The notes: generated by a model from the letters alone, not told the origin. A stretch of DNA of 64,000 nt from Octopus vulgaris (GCA_951406725.2 OX597818.1:6696001-6760000); one strand, 5' to 3'. Shown: positions 12,762-27,038, counted from the first letter of the stretch. Made by a program: numbers and translations.

Positions 12762-12900
12762 TGTGTACATATTTATAAATACATATCATTTAATAAATAG
12801 ATATTCACAAACACATACACAGACGCACACACATAATACGCACACATACTTACATTCATACAAGCATTCATATACATGTGTGTGTATGTGTGTGTGTGTG

Positions 12901-12982
<82 letters not shown>

Positions 12983-13744
12983 CGTTTGTCCGTACGTATG
13001 TAGGCATCGGCAGCTCAATTTATGCAAATGATATGACAGAAGAAAAGCTTGATATTTCATTATCGTCATCAATCTTCGCTGTCTTAAATTTTCATAAAGC
13101 TCTACAGCATTTTCTGCTCGGATTAGCCGGTTATAAAATATTTATATGAGATATTATATTAATACGCAACGATGCAACACACACTCGAGACAAACACGGG
13201 GACAAATAGAGATATATATGCTTGAAAGTAACGCAAAATAATATGTTTATATATGTGTCTACATATATAAGTATGTATATATGTGTGTATACATGTATGT
13301 ATGTATGTATGTATGTATGTATGTATGTATGTATGTATGTATGTATGTATGTATGTATGCATGTATGTATATATGTGTGTGTATGTGCATATTATTGTGT
13401 TCTAAATAGTGAAGTCACGATGTAATCATTGCGTGATATAGAAATGCTACACAACATCAAGGACGCAGAACACATTATATTTTCTATGAGGATAATAGAG
13501 GACCTTAGATATTAAAAATGAAACGCAAATAAAAAGAATATACTATTATTACGATATAAACGCACATGCACACATATGTATCATTGAATGTGTGTACGTC
13601 TAATGGGATAGACACATATTCATACATATATGCATACACATAAGCCTATATGTAGACATGAGAATATATATACATATGTATTTGTGTATGTATTCATGTA
13701 CATATCTATATTAATTTATTATAAATATACACAAGCACAAACAA

Positions 13745-13779
<35 letters not shown>

Positions 13780-13801
13780 CATATATATGTATGTATATAT
13801 G

Positions 13802-13868
<67 letters not shown>

Positions 13869-14794
13869 TAATTGATCCGTTTTTTCGATTCATCGATAAA
13901 ATCTAGACAGTATTTGAGAGTAAATTCTTAATGTGTTTGTGTATGTGTGTATTATCGTATTATCGTATTATAAAATATACAAAATTATAATATATATATA
14001 TATCATTTATTTATATATACATAATATATATACATATAATGAAGCATTTATGATATATAATATATATACATATATATACATACATATTTTATGTGAGAGT
14101 GTCTATATATATATATATATGTATACCTCTGTGTCTGCTGTACCTGTGCTAGTGCATGTGAATGTATATATTTGCTCCAGTCTCTGTATGATTGTGCGTG
14201 CGTGTGAGCGTGCCTGTGAGCATGCATGCGTATGTGTGTGTGGTATATATGGGTGTCTTTGTTATGTGACAGAGAATAGGACAAAGTCCAATCTTCAATG
14301 ATGCAGTGAACATCAGTATTTGCATGAATCATTCAAGCAAAAACCATTAAGAGCACTTCAAAAGATTTCACCCGTCTATTTACAACGCATGAGTCTCGTC
14401 GTAAAATAGACTCAATGACTAAAATTTTGTGAAAGAAACTGGGAAAGGAAAAAAAAACGTGATATAAAGCATTAGAAAATGAAAGAATAGCATCTAAGAA
14501 CTCTTATTGAAAAAAAATTCTTAAATATAAAAAATTAAAGAAAAAAGTAAAATAATATAGAAAAACCAAGTATATTAGTCTTTTGAAAAGTTACGTTGAG
14601 AATAGCCCTTTGATTCTATTGCAGTCATTTAAAATGAATGTCAGTCTCTCAAACGAAATATTGGTTAGAAAAATGCAAAATAAGAGAGGAAAAGAAAGAC
14701 AGAAGAAATATGAGAGAGTAATAGATTTTGCCGTATTTCGGTAGATATTATTAGATATTAATAATAATGCTGATGATGAAATGGACAATGGTGT

Positions 14795-14808
14795 TGATGA
14801 TGATGATA

Positions 14809-14840
<32 letters not shown>

Positions 14841-15280
14841 AATGATGACAGGGAGGAGAAGGAAGAAGATGAAGTTGAAAAAGAGAAGTTGAAGAAATTG
14901 AAGAAATAATAGTCGTAGAAGAAGAAGAAGAAGAAGAAGAAGAAGAAGAAGAAGAAGAAGAAGAAGAAGAAGAAGAAGAAGAAGAAGAAAAAGAAGAAGA
15001 AGAAGAAGAAGAAGAAAAGGAATAATTTTGTGTTAGTGTAATTGGTGGTTGTAATGGGAATGGTGTGTATAAGGAAAACGGTGTAGATGAAGACGACGAC
15101 GGTGTTGATGAGGATAATAATAATAATGAAGAGAGGGAGGAGGAGAAGAAGAAGAAGAAGAAGAAAAAGAAGAAGAAGAAGAAGAAGAAGAAGAAGAAGA
15201 AGAAGAAGAAGAAGAAGAAGAAGAAGAAGAAGAAGAAGAAGAAGAAGAAGAAGAAGAAGAAGAAGAAGAAGAAGAAGAAG
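14795..15280. repeat. (GAT)n and (AAG)n microsatellite cluster
   Basis: Direct reading. Confidence 0.95.
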
Positions 15281-15941
15281 AATCTACTGAGTTAGAAAGA
15301 ACTGACATAAAATTAAAAGTAAATGAATACGGTTAAGAAATCTATGGATGTCAGAGAAAGGCTGAAGACAGTACAACTGAACAAATCTGTTCAAAGACCA
15401 TAAAACGTGCGCGCACACTTACACACACACACACGCGCGCACACACACACACAGACACACACACACACGCACGCACGCACACACAGATAGATAGATTGAG
15501 ATTTAAACAGAAATAGATGCATTTAATGTTACGCATTCTGTATTAAGGCGACGTTCGAACTTGAGCGTACACGAATAATTTATTTTACTGTCTGCGTTAT
15601 TGTATGTAAGCACTCATATTTAACACAGGTCATGCAATATTTTCCAAAATATGTTTAGATATTCGTGATAGATTATGCAACAAAGACTGGTCTATTTTGC
15701 TTTTGCTATAATATAGTCATGAATGTAATAATAACAGTTTTTGTTTTCTAATTTTATATCAAGCTCTATTATTCAGGGAGTGTATAGAATTGTTATAATC
15801 GGTCAAAAGTCATAAATGGTACGAAAACGTAGTTGTATTTTATAGTTACTTGATTTGAAATTTCAACGTTGAGAAGTTTTTAGTTTGTGCCTTTTACTTA
15901 CAGACATGGAGCAATCTTGTGATTTCGAGCTTTATCTTATA

Positions 15942-18900
15942 CTAGCAGAATTGCCCGGCGTTGCTCGGGGCTGAATTGCTTGAAAGTACTGTTAATGATT
16001 GCACTGAATTATGATGATTATTCAGGCAAATATTGATATAAGTTTACGGCGAATGAATCTATTTGTAAGTGTATAGAAAGCCGTGTAAAGGTGTTCCTAC
16101 CCCCTCGTAGAATGGTGTAAGAATTGAATGCGAGGTTGCCTTGAAAAGAGCCATGTTATTGTTCTCATAATTGTAAGAATTTGATAGTCGTGGAAGGCGA
16201 TGTAAAACGGTGAATAGGGTCTCTTCGTTTTGCACGAACGGCAGCGGATGTGCTGTTACAAAACTTGATGCTGTGTTAAAAGAGAGTGGATTTCATATGT
16301 AGGCAAGAGAGGAATGAAGCATGGGTAAGTAAATATGTGTAATTTATAAAATATAGAACAATAGCATCAACTCACCATATGTCAGACCGGCAAGACTGTA
16401 GTGGTGCTGATTAGGTGAATCACAATACAGTGGTGGAGATGTTTTCCTTGATGGGCGTTTTGATTAAATTTGTTGTTGTATAAAATGATCTGTTGATTAG
16501 TTTCGAAAGTGTATGTTGCGATCCTGTTGTCGCTCATGTAAACTTTAACAGTGAGAGTGTAGATGTAGGGGGGTAGATGTGTCATGTACGTTGGATATAG
16601 AAGATGAGGCTGGTGGTTTGATGATGAATGGATAGAAATAGAGTTGAGCGAAGGACAGGTGTTGGTTAAGTGTGAATTAATGTTATGAAACGCCTAGAAA
16701 TGTAAATGCCGTCATAAAAGAGAGTCGTATGTAAGTGAAATACTAACGTGTTTGAAAATGATGAAACGTAGTAATCCTATAAAACCTCCTTGTACACAAT
16801 GTTTTTTGTTTTTCGTTGTGGAAGGAATGCGAAAGCATCACTGTTGCTGCCGACACGCGAGCAGCCAACATAAAGCTGACCATGAGAGAAACATGGCTCT
16901 CCCAAATGTATTCCTGCCACAGACAGTGTTTGACCCTGCGCTTTGTTAATTGACATTGCGAAACATGGCCTTACTGGGAACTGGGACCTCCGAAATATGA
17001 AAGGTAGGTCTGCTCCTGATGGGAAAAGATGCATCCTAGGTATGAGCACAACGTTGCCTCGACCGCACCCTGTGATAATGGTGGCCTCAATCAGATTGGG
17101 AGATAAGGACTTAACGATCAAACGTGTGCCATTACATTGTTTTGGGGGAACCAAATTTCTAATGAGCATTATAGGGGCACCAACTTTAAGTTTGAGAATG
17201 TGTGGTGGTAGTCCGGGGGCTCAAAGGAATTGAGTACCTCTATTGGATAATTGATGACGTCGTCTGGGTCAGGAGTTGTATCGATAGACTTATATACATA
17301 GACATCCCCAGGAATGAGTTTTAGCATTTCATCATTAATATGGTGAATAGTTTTATTCCTCGGGGCCAGAATAGCCCTTTGGCCAATCCAATCCATATTC
17401 TGATAATTAGCTTGTAGATCTGGGAATACTGCATCTCTGAGATCAGAAGGCGTGTTAACAATGGTACGAATGGAATTGATGGCAATATTACCATTTTCAT
17501 CCCCTGGTATTTTGCCTTCGCCAAGTGCAAGGAGGGTGTGAGAAAATGCTGCTGATGTGATATCACGTCGCATATGAGCACGCATATTGGTGTGAAGTTT
17601 GAGAGTCTTCACCAGTGGCCACAATGTGGATGACTTAAGACACGCACTTACAGCATCAGCTCTAGTCCCTTTGGGAATAACGGGAAGTATTTGTCGGAAG
17701 TCCCCTGAAAGAAGAAGTGTTATGCCTCCAATGGGAGCTAAAGAGTGTTTGATGTCTCTGAGAGATCTATCTAGTGCCTCAAGAGCACCTCTGTGGGCCA
17801 TCGTGCATTCATCCCAAACGATAAGCTTGCATCGTCTGAAGACTTCTGGCTGATCGGAGCTATTACTGATGTTGCAAATTGGTGTCTCAGTCTTCGCTAA
17901 GTCAAGTGGGAATTTGAAAGTAGAGTGAGCTGTCCTGCCGCTTGGCAACAAAGTAGCCGCAATTCCAGATGATTCCACAGCTAGGGCAATGCCTTGTGTT
18001 CGCCTAATATCAGCCAATATTAATTTGTTGACAAAAGTTTTCCCAGTGCCCCCAGGAATGTCCAGGAAAAAAATGTCCCCAGCTTTGGCCCGGACTGAAT
18101 TAACAACGGAGTTGTAAGCGAACTTCTGTTCTGGAATGAGCTTTGGCTCACTGTCGGCTATGTACTCGGCAAGCTCGTCAACATTAAATCATGTCTCACG
18201 CAGCAAATGTGAAGACAGAGTGTTTGTGCCTTCCCGGTTTGTTGAAGGTAGGCCATAGACCGGCAAGGCACTACCTCCCATATCGAGTACAGTATCTTCG
18301 ATTTCAAGCAGCGCCCTGTTGTAAATGAGGTCAGTGTACCCGACCTCCATTGATGGATGTAGCGATTGAGCGTGACGCAGGAAATCTTCAGACATATCAT
18401 CTTTGTAGGTAAGCCATAAAGAGGCGGGATTAGCCAAGTCACACCATAGTAATAGAATAGCGAAAAGCGATCTGATTTTTTTAGGAGATTTTAATGAAAC
18501 ACCTTGTGCCATAGTGGCGCCCCATTGTGAATCATCCTCCAAAAGTCGACGCCGAAAACAGGCTTCACGGAAAGTATCACATAATACACCATCAACAGTT
18601 CTGATGTCTTGAAAACTTTGTGGGCAGGTGAAAACAGTCATGTTGGTTTGGAGGTACAGTGTAGACTCTTCCTAGACAACTGTTAAACTTGATACCAGGA
18701 TGTCCTTCAACATCCTGACCCGACTTTCTACGCACCCAATTGTTGTTTGACCACACGTAGTAGGACGGGACCTGAGGGTATAAAAGTGTTTTAGCAAATG
18801 TGTCAAGTTGGCAAAGCCTAAAGAAACCGGTCAAAGTTGTTTGTTTTGGATTTGCCGCCAAATCAGCTGCAGTCTGTTCAGTATAGTAAGTTCGTTGGCC

Positions 18901-21696
18901 ATTTTCCAAATGAACCGCTAGTTGTATGATGGCGGGGTGCCTTTGGTGAAGTGGAAACCCGAATATCCGCCAAAAAGCTTCACCACTGCTTATGTACCGA
19001 CCTGCCATGTACTGTGACACCTCGTCCATGCTATTGTCCTTTTGAAGGCCAAACATTGGCAGCGTCAGAACCCTTGTTAACATATTTACATATATACTTT
19101 ATAGACTTGACTGAATGACAGAACTCCACATTTATGTGAGCGTTAAAAGTTTTCATCAGAAATGGACAGTACGGCACTACCCACCTATTATCCACTTGAT
19201 GACCCCGTAACGTTATAGTGAATCCACCATTGTCAGGGTGCCTTCTTCTGTACAGTGGGTATCCGTCGCGGCCGGTCTGGGTCTCGTCCACGAACCTCTT
19301 TGGGTACCGTTTAGTGCACACGTGGTCTTTGTGGCATGAGGAGAACTTTTAAAAACCAGGACCGCACGGACCGTGTACCATGTGCGCCTTCACAATGTCG
19401 TACAGCTGCCGGTCAACAGTTGGGTCCGGAATTTCTGCTGCAATGAGATCATCAAGAACTGTTGGGTCTATTTTGTTGACCAACCAAAGCAAAATGTGCG
19501 CGTGTGGCAACCCTCTTTTCTGCCACTCAACAGTATACATGTGGCAGTTAACAGGCCCAAAAACCTGGCCTTTTTTTATTAAAAGAATGAGCTTAGCCAG
19601 TTTCTATCTGAAAATCCTTGCAATAATATCATGGCGATGACAGTACTGCTGCCCTGGGAGAAGTTCTCGCGTTACCTCAACCCACTTTGGGTTACATGTA
19701 AAGGTAATGAATAAATCGGGTCGCCCATAATGCCGAACGCAAGTCATAGCGTCTTGTGTTCGCTCGTGCATGTACCGTGGGCCCCCTGTATAGGTTGAGG
19801 GGAGAATGCACATTTTGCCGATATTGCGGGCGTCAGTATCATTCCTGATGCCATCACGCAAATGGATGTAGGAGTCTGAGCGCAGCTGCTTCTGATTCAA
19901 TTTGATGAAGCCCAGTCTCTTGGACTCCATCTTTGCAGCCATGTCAACTGCAAATTGGTGAAACAGTTCCCGTGATCTGTGCAGGGGGTTGAAATCATTA
20001 TGCCTTGTCATGAAGCGGTATGAGTAAAAAGCCATACATGAAACAGTTTTAGATGTCGCAGCCGAGGGCTCGTTTGGTTTGTGGTGTGGAATGCCGAAAT
20101 GGTACCCGTCTTCTCCATACGGAAAAAGAAGGGGATACTGCAGGGCGTCATATGACCGATGCGTCTCATTAATACGCTGAAGACCACTGTCGCTGCTTTG
20201 AAGAACTATGTCCCGCTGCTTGTGCTGTTCATCATGGAGAACTATGGCCACTTCATTGCACGAAGGAGCGTTATATCGCCGCGCGTGCTCCCCAGAAGGC
20301 CTTTTGTCAGCATCGATGACAATGGTGAATGTTGGTGAAGGGGCTGTTTCCAAGGCGTATTTGAAACTGCGAATATAGCTGTTGTGGTCATGAAGCATGT
20401 TTTGCAGAGAGAGCAGCACGTCCCTGTCGAAATTGTCAGCGTCAGTGTTTGCAGGTTGTGGAATTACGTTGAAACGCAAATCAAGTTGCCTATTGTAATT
20501 TGTAATGACATAAATTTGAAGGAACGAAGGTTTGCAATTTTGTAGTGGCTGGAGTGACCCAATAAGGTGGTACACCTGGCCCTGGACCTTGAAAGTAGGC
20601 ATCCAACCAGTTTCTCTGACAACGTTAGCCCCGAAAGAAGTCATCTGAAATGCACAATTGTATATCCTGATGAGTTGAAGGAATTTTGATGACCTTGAGG
20701 TGGAACCAGTAAGTAATTCCTTCAAAGGGTCTGGCAGCTCCCGAAGAGGGGGCAAGCTGACCTTACCGTTTAAACAGCACATCGCAGGCGGTTCCCCAGC
20801 CCACTTTTTAGCATTGCAGAATTGGCAATTGAAGCACATTTCCCCAATATTTATGTCAGCGTGCATCGAGTAATTGAAGTTGGGCTCATACTTGAAAGCA
20901 CGTAGATGCCAGTAAGGTCTGTTTGGACTCGTCAGACCGCGGCGTCGACTGTTCCGCTGGAATGTAGAACGTTGCTGGTCTGAGTTGTGGGAATGTGTCG
21001 AAAATGTTGAAGCAGCAGTAGCCGCAGCGTTTGTAGCCAGTCGAGTGGCCCTTTGTTGTGGGTCCTCTGAAGCCCTTTGTGCAGCAACAGCAGAAGCGTT
21101 TATGGCGCTGCGCTTCGCCTTTTTCGCCGCTGCTGCTGCAGTATGGCGGCCGAGGCGACTTCTCTTTTTCGGTGGCATTTTATGTGAAAAAGAAAGGGTG
21201 AAAGTTACTTAAAGATAGAAATTGTAATGTGAATGAAATGTGGAAAAATGTAAACCCTGGAAGGAAAAGAAATAAATATTAGCAGCTGAAAGAAATTTTT
21301 TATGCAAGTATAGCGACAGAGTGTGTAAAATGTATAGACATTTGAGTTAAAAGCCAGAAAAGAAAGTTAGATTTGCAAGTAAGGAAGTAGTTTACGTACA
21401 TGTTCGAAATGTGAAGTGTTTTAGTTGTTTAATCAAATATTTGCGTAAAGTGTATAGAAACGTAAATTGAAAAAGAAAATGAATTGAAATTTTAAAGAAA
21501 GGAATTTGTTTACATACATGTGTGAAATGGCAAATGTTTGTGCAGTTGTCCGAAATGGAACCAGGGTAAATGTGTGGAACTGATGTATTATAATGAATAG
21601 TCCTTCTTGAACTGAAAACCAGTGGTGTAGCATATAAGAGCATAAGGGATCTTCTTCTAGCCAAAATGGATGACCAGTCTGAATGGCTCACCCCTG

Positions 21697-21744
<48 letters not shown>

Positions 21745-22372
21745 ACACACACACGTTAGCTTACAATGTCTGTCAACAATTGACACTGTCGTATATATTA
21801 GCGTGTCTATGTGTCTAAAGAGGAAGTGGGAGTAATAGGCAGAGTAAAGGCTTCAAAGTGAAAGAGTGAAATGTTAAAATATTGAGTTTTCTCGAATTTT
21901 GTCTTAATTGGGGGTGAAATTGAAAGAAATTTTGTATGGCATGACCGAATGGAAGTACTTGTAAAAATCATAGGTAAACTGTAATTGAAGAAATTGTGTG
22001 AGGAGTAAATCGTTATGTATTTATTTGTTTCTGTTTGCTGTTTTTTTTTTTTGAGTAGTGTTGTAAGGTACACTTGCAAAGAGAAAGTAGGAGAAATTAG
22101 GGTGATAGCATGAGTGAAGCAGTTCGCTCCGTTTGTGTGTGTGTGTGTGCTGTAGCACACACAAAGAAAAGCACTTCACTTACACACCACAATGTGAGTT
22201 TTCTCGAAATTTTGCTTAATTGGGAGTGAAATTTGAAAAACTGTACCTGGCACGACCCGATGTATTCTACTCTTAAAAATGCTAGGTAAATTGTAATTGA
22301 AGAAATCCTATATTGTAGATTTCTATAAGAGACAATGGGAGGCAGATAAAATCTGCCTTTTATAATAAGAGA
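15942..22372 (-). mobile_element. Helitron, full length, autonomous-type
   Basis: Minus-strand 5' end A|TCTCTTATTATAAAAGGC at 22372; 3' end CCCGAGCAACGCCGGG hairpin followed by CAATTCTGCTAG|T at 15942; sits between A and T with no TSD; encodes RepHel. Confidence 0.93.
16777..21178 (-). pseudogene. Helitron RepHel (HUH Rep plus Pif1-like SF1 helicase), intronless, about 3 in-frame stops and 3 frameshifts
   Basis: PDLFITFTCNPKW; EWQKRGLPHAHILLWL (HUH); KYICKYVNKG (catalytic Tyr pair); PGGTGKTF Walker A (~18040-18055); LIVWDECTM; GDFRQILPV; [10 protein letters not shown]; [11 protein letters not shown]; N-terminal basic NLS-like PPKKRSR. Confidence 0.95.
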
Positions 22373-22554
22373 TATCGAGTGGATAGATTCGATTATATAA
22401 GGTTAAATAAATCTTGCGTAGATTGAACCCAGAATGTCAGAAACCAGCTAAATGCGTGATAGAATTTTGTCTGTATTGACATGTCTACATAATTATATGA
22501 CTGCAATACTGTGAATGGAAGAGAAATATAATTTTGATTTCAATATTTATATTA

Positions 22555-23105
22555 AGCTGCGAAATGCTTAGCGGTATTTCTTCTGTCTTTACGTTTGAAG
22601 TCGACTTTTGCCTACCATTCATTCGGGGTCAATAAAATAGTACCAGTTGAATACTGAGGTCGATGTAATTGATTTACGCCCTCCCCCGAAATTGCTGCCG
22701 TTGCGTTAAAATTTCAAGTGAACATTTAAATCAATTTAAGGTGCCGAGCTGGCGGGATCGATAACCGCCTGGGAAAAGGTACTTCCGACTTTATGTTCTG
22801 AGTTCAAATCCCGCAGAGTTCGATTTTGCACGTCATCCTTTGGTGGTCGATCAAACAAGTACCATTTGAACATTGGAGTCTTAGAAAATCGACTTACCCC
22901 TCAATATTTATATTATATTTAAGGGAGTTAGTATGCCGGGCAAAATGCTTAGCGCCATTTGGTCCCTCTTTACTTTCTGAGTTCAAATTCCGCCGTGGTC
23001 GAATTAGCTTTCATGCTTTCGACACCGATTAAATAAGTACCATTTGGGCACTGGGGTCGACGTAATCGACTTAGACCCTCTTCTCTGAAACAATTTGAAA
23101 CAAAT
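22555..23105 (+). mobile_element. three adjacent SINE family B copies
   Basis: Repeated AAATGCTTAGCG / TTCTGAGTTCAAAT / GTCGA..AAATAAGTACCA blocks at ~22555, ~22737 and ~22925. Confidence 0.75.
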
Positions 23106-23589
23106 ATTTATATCAATTAATTAATTCAATTGAAATTGAAATTTCAGTACTACAAGTTTCAAGGATAATGACTTAAAAAGTTTGCTCTGATTCAAGGTTT
23201 TGTGAAAATCATTTTTGTTCTTGGTTTTTTAAGTGGTCTTCTGATTTAATTCTAAGTGTGTCCTATGTTTAATGGCAGTACTCGTGTATTTTCTTTTTAA
23301 AGAATAGTATGTCTTCGGTTATATTACACATAAATCTTTCCAAACTGCAGATGATGCGTTTGCATATATTTCACTACTACCTATAGAAAATCAAAGGAAT
23401 ATAAATGCAGATATATTCCAAGTCTTAAGTCTACAGTAAGAATCTCTGACGTGACCACGTTGCGAAAGATGCACCGAAAAGAAGTAGGGCTTAGAATCCT
23501 CGGGATAACATCACCAAACGAATTATGCTACATATGCCTTTGAAGATAACTTTTCGCGCATTTATTCAGCAGAAACTATGCTTGATGAC

Positions 23590-25245
23590 TACGAAGGAAG
23601 AACTGGCAGATATAAGCCTTGCTTAGTAGTAAGGATTCGGAGCGTTGAGAGAGGCCGATAACGGCTCCAGAAATACAAGATACAAAGATGGGCTGCGTGG
23701 ACGGCAAATCGCCTGCTTTGGGTGGTATATCCTATGAGATTTACCTTAATATGCCAGGCTTGTTTCGCGATCTCTTGGCAGATATCTAAATCAACTAGCA
23801 GCAGAATGGGAGATCTCCTAGTTATGTGAGTCGAAAAGCAGTGACACAGCAAAGAAAGGATGCAAGAAGCAGATCAACTATAAACGTTTAAGCCCACAAC
23901 GTTGCTGCAGCAGATTTCCAAATTTTGGCCAACAGATTAGCGATTTGTTCTCAAGTTGTAGTCGAGGAACCGATCTAAAACCACGTGCACCTGGGATACG
24001 TCATCATGCACCTGGGCTACAATGGGGAGAAAAGTTGGCATGTGTGATTAATTTATACCAATCAAAATACCTCGACAGGGACAACCACCAATAAGAGGTG
24101 ACCTTTCTCTCGGCGGCCAATTTTGGTCCCTTTTCCCATGGCTGGATTGGCGCAATCTACATCATCACAACGTACATCAACATCACTTTCGGGTGAATTA
24201 TTACATATTGGAATTATTCAGCATGATGCATTAGGTCCTACAATACTGTCCGCTCTCGTCTGCTCTATATGTGCTGGATCTAGAGTCACTACTGCGCAAA
24301 TTGGAGGTGTTCAAAAGTATTCTGCACGAACTAAACCGCGGGAAACCGTGTCAGATTATGCGGAAAACGTCATAAGTTGAAGAGAACTGCTCTAGAAGGA
24401 TACGAGGCAGTAACAAGTGCAGATATTAACCAAGATATTTCAGTACGTCTGCAGTTCAGCACCAGAAGAGGCAGATGCATGCCGTTGAATAACGTAGTAG
24501 GAGGTTGGATGAATGGGCCTGTTAAACTGCGCGTTTTCTGCTTTCGTTCGGATCTTCAAGTGACAGGGATGAGGTGATGAGCAGGTTGGCCAATCTCACT
24601 CAGAAATGACCCGAGAGAAAGCTATCTTTCAATGGTCGGGCAAAGGTGGCTTACAGCACCTCCGTTATATATTATCCCCTTACTGTCCAGTGTACATCTG
24701 ACCATAGCGGAGCGCGTAATTTTCCGCTTTCTATGGAACGGTCGCATTCCACTGCTCAGACGTACCATTTGCTGTCAGCATTTGCTGAATGGAGAGCTGG
24801 AAATGCAGTGGATGCTGATGAGCAGACATGTGCTGAAGCTACAGCATCTCCAGTGCTCCCGTGATTGTAACCAGGTGCGGTCACCATTTTCCAGACTACC
24901 TCTTGTGCAGCTCGTATCTGACACTTGGAGTGTTCTCGGATGCTCAGTCTTCTGTAATCGATCAATGCGCTTGGTGGAATTCCCTTTAGGGACTCTATAG
25001 AGCGTTACTGGCGGGCAAATCCGACGATATGTTGACCCTAGACACCAACAAGCAACGATATGGAGAACCTAGACGCCAACAAGAGTCAAACGTCTGGTCT
25101 GGTTGCCCATTCTGGATATACATTGCAGGCATGCAACTGCCGTCATCTGGGCTTGCAACGAAGTTGTTCTGCACCCATTCATTCAGTGCCCGAGTGTTGC
25201 TGACTTGGGGGTTTATTTCGAACATTTGGTGTCACGTATAGGACG
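23590..25245 (+). mobile_element. highly degenerate L1/Tx1-like LINE ORF2 remnant
   Basis: QYCPLSSALYVLDLESLLRKLE at 24241 (cf. RQGCPLSPLLY..LEP); VSDYAENV (YADD-like); YEAVTSADIN; IFRFLWNGRIPLLRRTICCQH. Confidence 0.7.
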
Positions 25246-25310
25246 GATATCGAGTGTAAATTCCGCTGAGGTTGCTATTGCTCTTTATTTCGAGGTCAAT
25301 AAAATAATTA

Positions 25311-26022
25311 CGAGGTGATAAAAATATATATTTACCTAAATTTTAACATGATCTCCTTCAAAATAGTCATCTTGCGCCGCAATACACCGGTCCCAGCATA
25401 CCAGCCTCTTTTGGAATGTAGCCTAAAAGTAGTTTTCCGCAATTCAGTTGAGGACCTTCTACGATTTGCTGGATCTCGACAACGGTGTTAAAACGGCAAC
25501 GTTTGTGCTGACTTTTCGCCGAAAGGAAACCAATTTCCCGTGCTCCACACATCTGGTCGCTTTCGCCGAACGTCGTCCCTCAAATGCTACAAAATGTTTG
25601 ACGGTCTAGCCCTGGGGACGAATTCACTATGCACAATAACACATTTCCGATGGTGACTTTCATGGCAGGTCTTCCAGGTCGCTCATTGTCATTTGAAGAG
25701 CTCGTGCCACCGGAAACATTGCGTATGATCCATTGCCACGTCACCGTAAGCTTGCTGCAACATGCTGAATGTCTTTGTAGCAGACTTCCCAGGTTTAATG
25801 CTAAACTTCACGGTGGCTCATTGTTCCAACTTTCTATCCATGGCAAAATTGCAGATTACAGCATACACGTGATCACATAAACAAATTTCACTACTTGCGA
25901 AGTAAACACAGCATATACTGCCTCACGAAGGTCACCGCTTGCTCTCAATGCGTACGCAACTATGTGCTGCCATCTATTGGCGCGCTGCAGAACTAGTGCG
26001 GGAAGTTTTTAATACCACCTCA
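25311..26022 (-). mobile_element. internally deleted mariner element
   Basis: Ends TA|CGAGGTG and CACCTCA|TA; minus strand encodes N-terminal VKFSIKPGKSATKTFSMLQQAYGD..ERPGRP and C-terminal CIAAQDDYFEGDH. Confidence 0.8.
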
Positions 26023-26099
26023 TACCGACTGTTCACGAAGATCAATGTAATCTGCTTACCCCACTCCGAGATTGCTGACTTTGTACCATAATTTGAAAG

Positions 26100-26177
<78 letters not shown>

Positions 26178-26335
26178 CGAGATTGCAGAATCGTTAGCAC
26201 ACCGGACATAATGTTTAGCGGCATTGCGTCCGACTTTCAACTCGAGTTCAAATGCCACATAGGTCGTTTAGGCCTTTTATGATTTCATTTCAGATTGATG
26301 AAATAAGTAACAATCAGTACTGGAATCGATCTACT
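26178..26335 (+). mobile_element. degenerate SINE family B copy
   Basis: GCAGAATCGTTAGCACACCGGAC..GAGTTCAAATG..AAATAAGTA. Confidence 0.6.
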
Positions 26336-26460
26336 AGCATCATTAACAGCGACATGCTAAGCAAAGAGGCTTAGAAGATCACCAACCTCAGCAAATTTTG
26401 CATTATCACCACGACCATCTTCAGCACAATAAAAGTAAATTGTACGGTAGTAACAACAAT

Positions 26461-27038
26461 GGCGCACGAGTGGCTGTGTGTTAAGTAGCTTGCTTACGAA
26501 CCATATGGTTCCAAGTTCAGTCCCACTGCGTGGCACATTTGGCAAGTGTCTTCTACTATAGCCTCGGGCTGACCAAATCCTTGTGAGTGGATTTGGTAGA
26601 CGGAAACTAAAAGAAGCCCGTCGTTCGGCATGATTGATCTTTAGCCACTACACACATTTTTTTCTCTCCTTGTTTCTCTCCTTGTTTTTTCTATGTCCCT
26701 TCTGTAGAAGATCGTAGACTCGAAACGTAAAAGCCTTTTTCTGTTCCTGAGTGTTATACTAATATATCTGTTTGTTTTGTACACCACCTGTCTTCGTCTT
26801 TTGGTCTTTTTCGTAAACTCTCCCTATATATATATATATATATATGTATAAAAAACATATATATAAAAATAATGTGTGTGTGTTTGTGTCTGTGTAACTT
26901 AGCAGACCGGCAGAAGAACCGATAGAATAATACTACGCTTACAAAGAATAAGACCTGGAGTCGATTTGCTCGACTAAAGGCGATGCTCCAGCATGGGAAC
27001 TGTCAAATGACTGAAACAAGTAAAAGAGTATAAGAGTA
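26461..27038 (+). mobile_element. tRNA-derived SINE (family A) with internal insertion
   Basis: Head GGCGCACGAGTGGCTGTGTGTTAAG (A box), GTTCAGTCCC (B box); tail GACTGAAACAAGTAAAAGAGT; colinear with 41440-41831 except for a ~200 bp insert at 26624-26825. Confidence 0.85.

Noticed and set aside
13000-13149. Possible small exon between microsatellites
   Set aside because: No polypyrimidine tract or good donor; no recognisable protein
26461-26535. tRNA gene
   Set aside because: A and B boxes belong to a SINE head; no complete cloverleaf; continues into the SINE body
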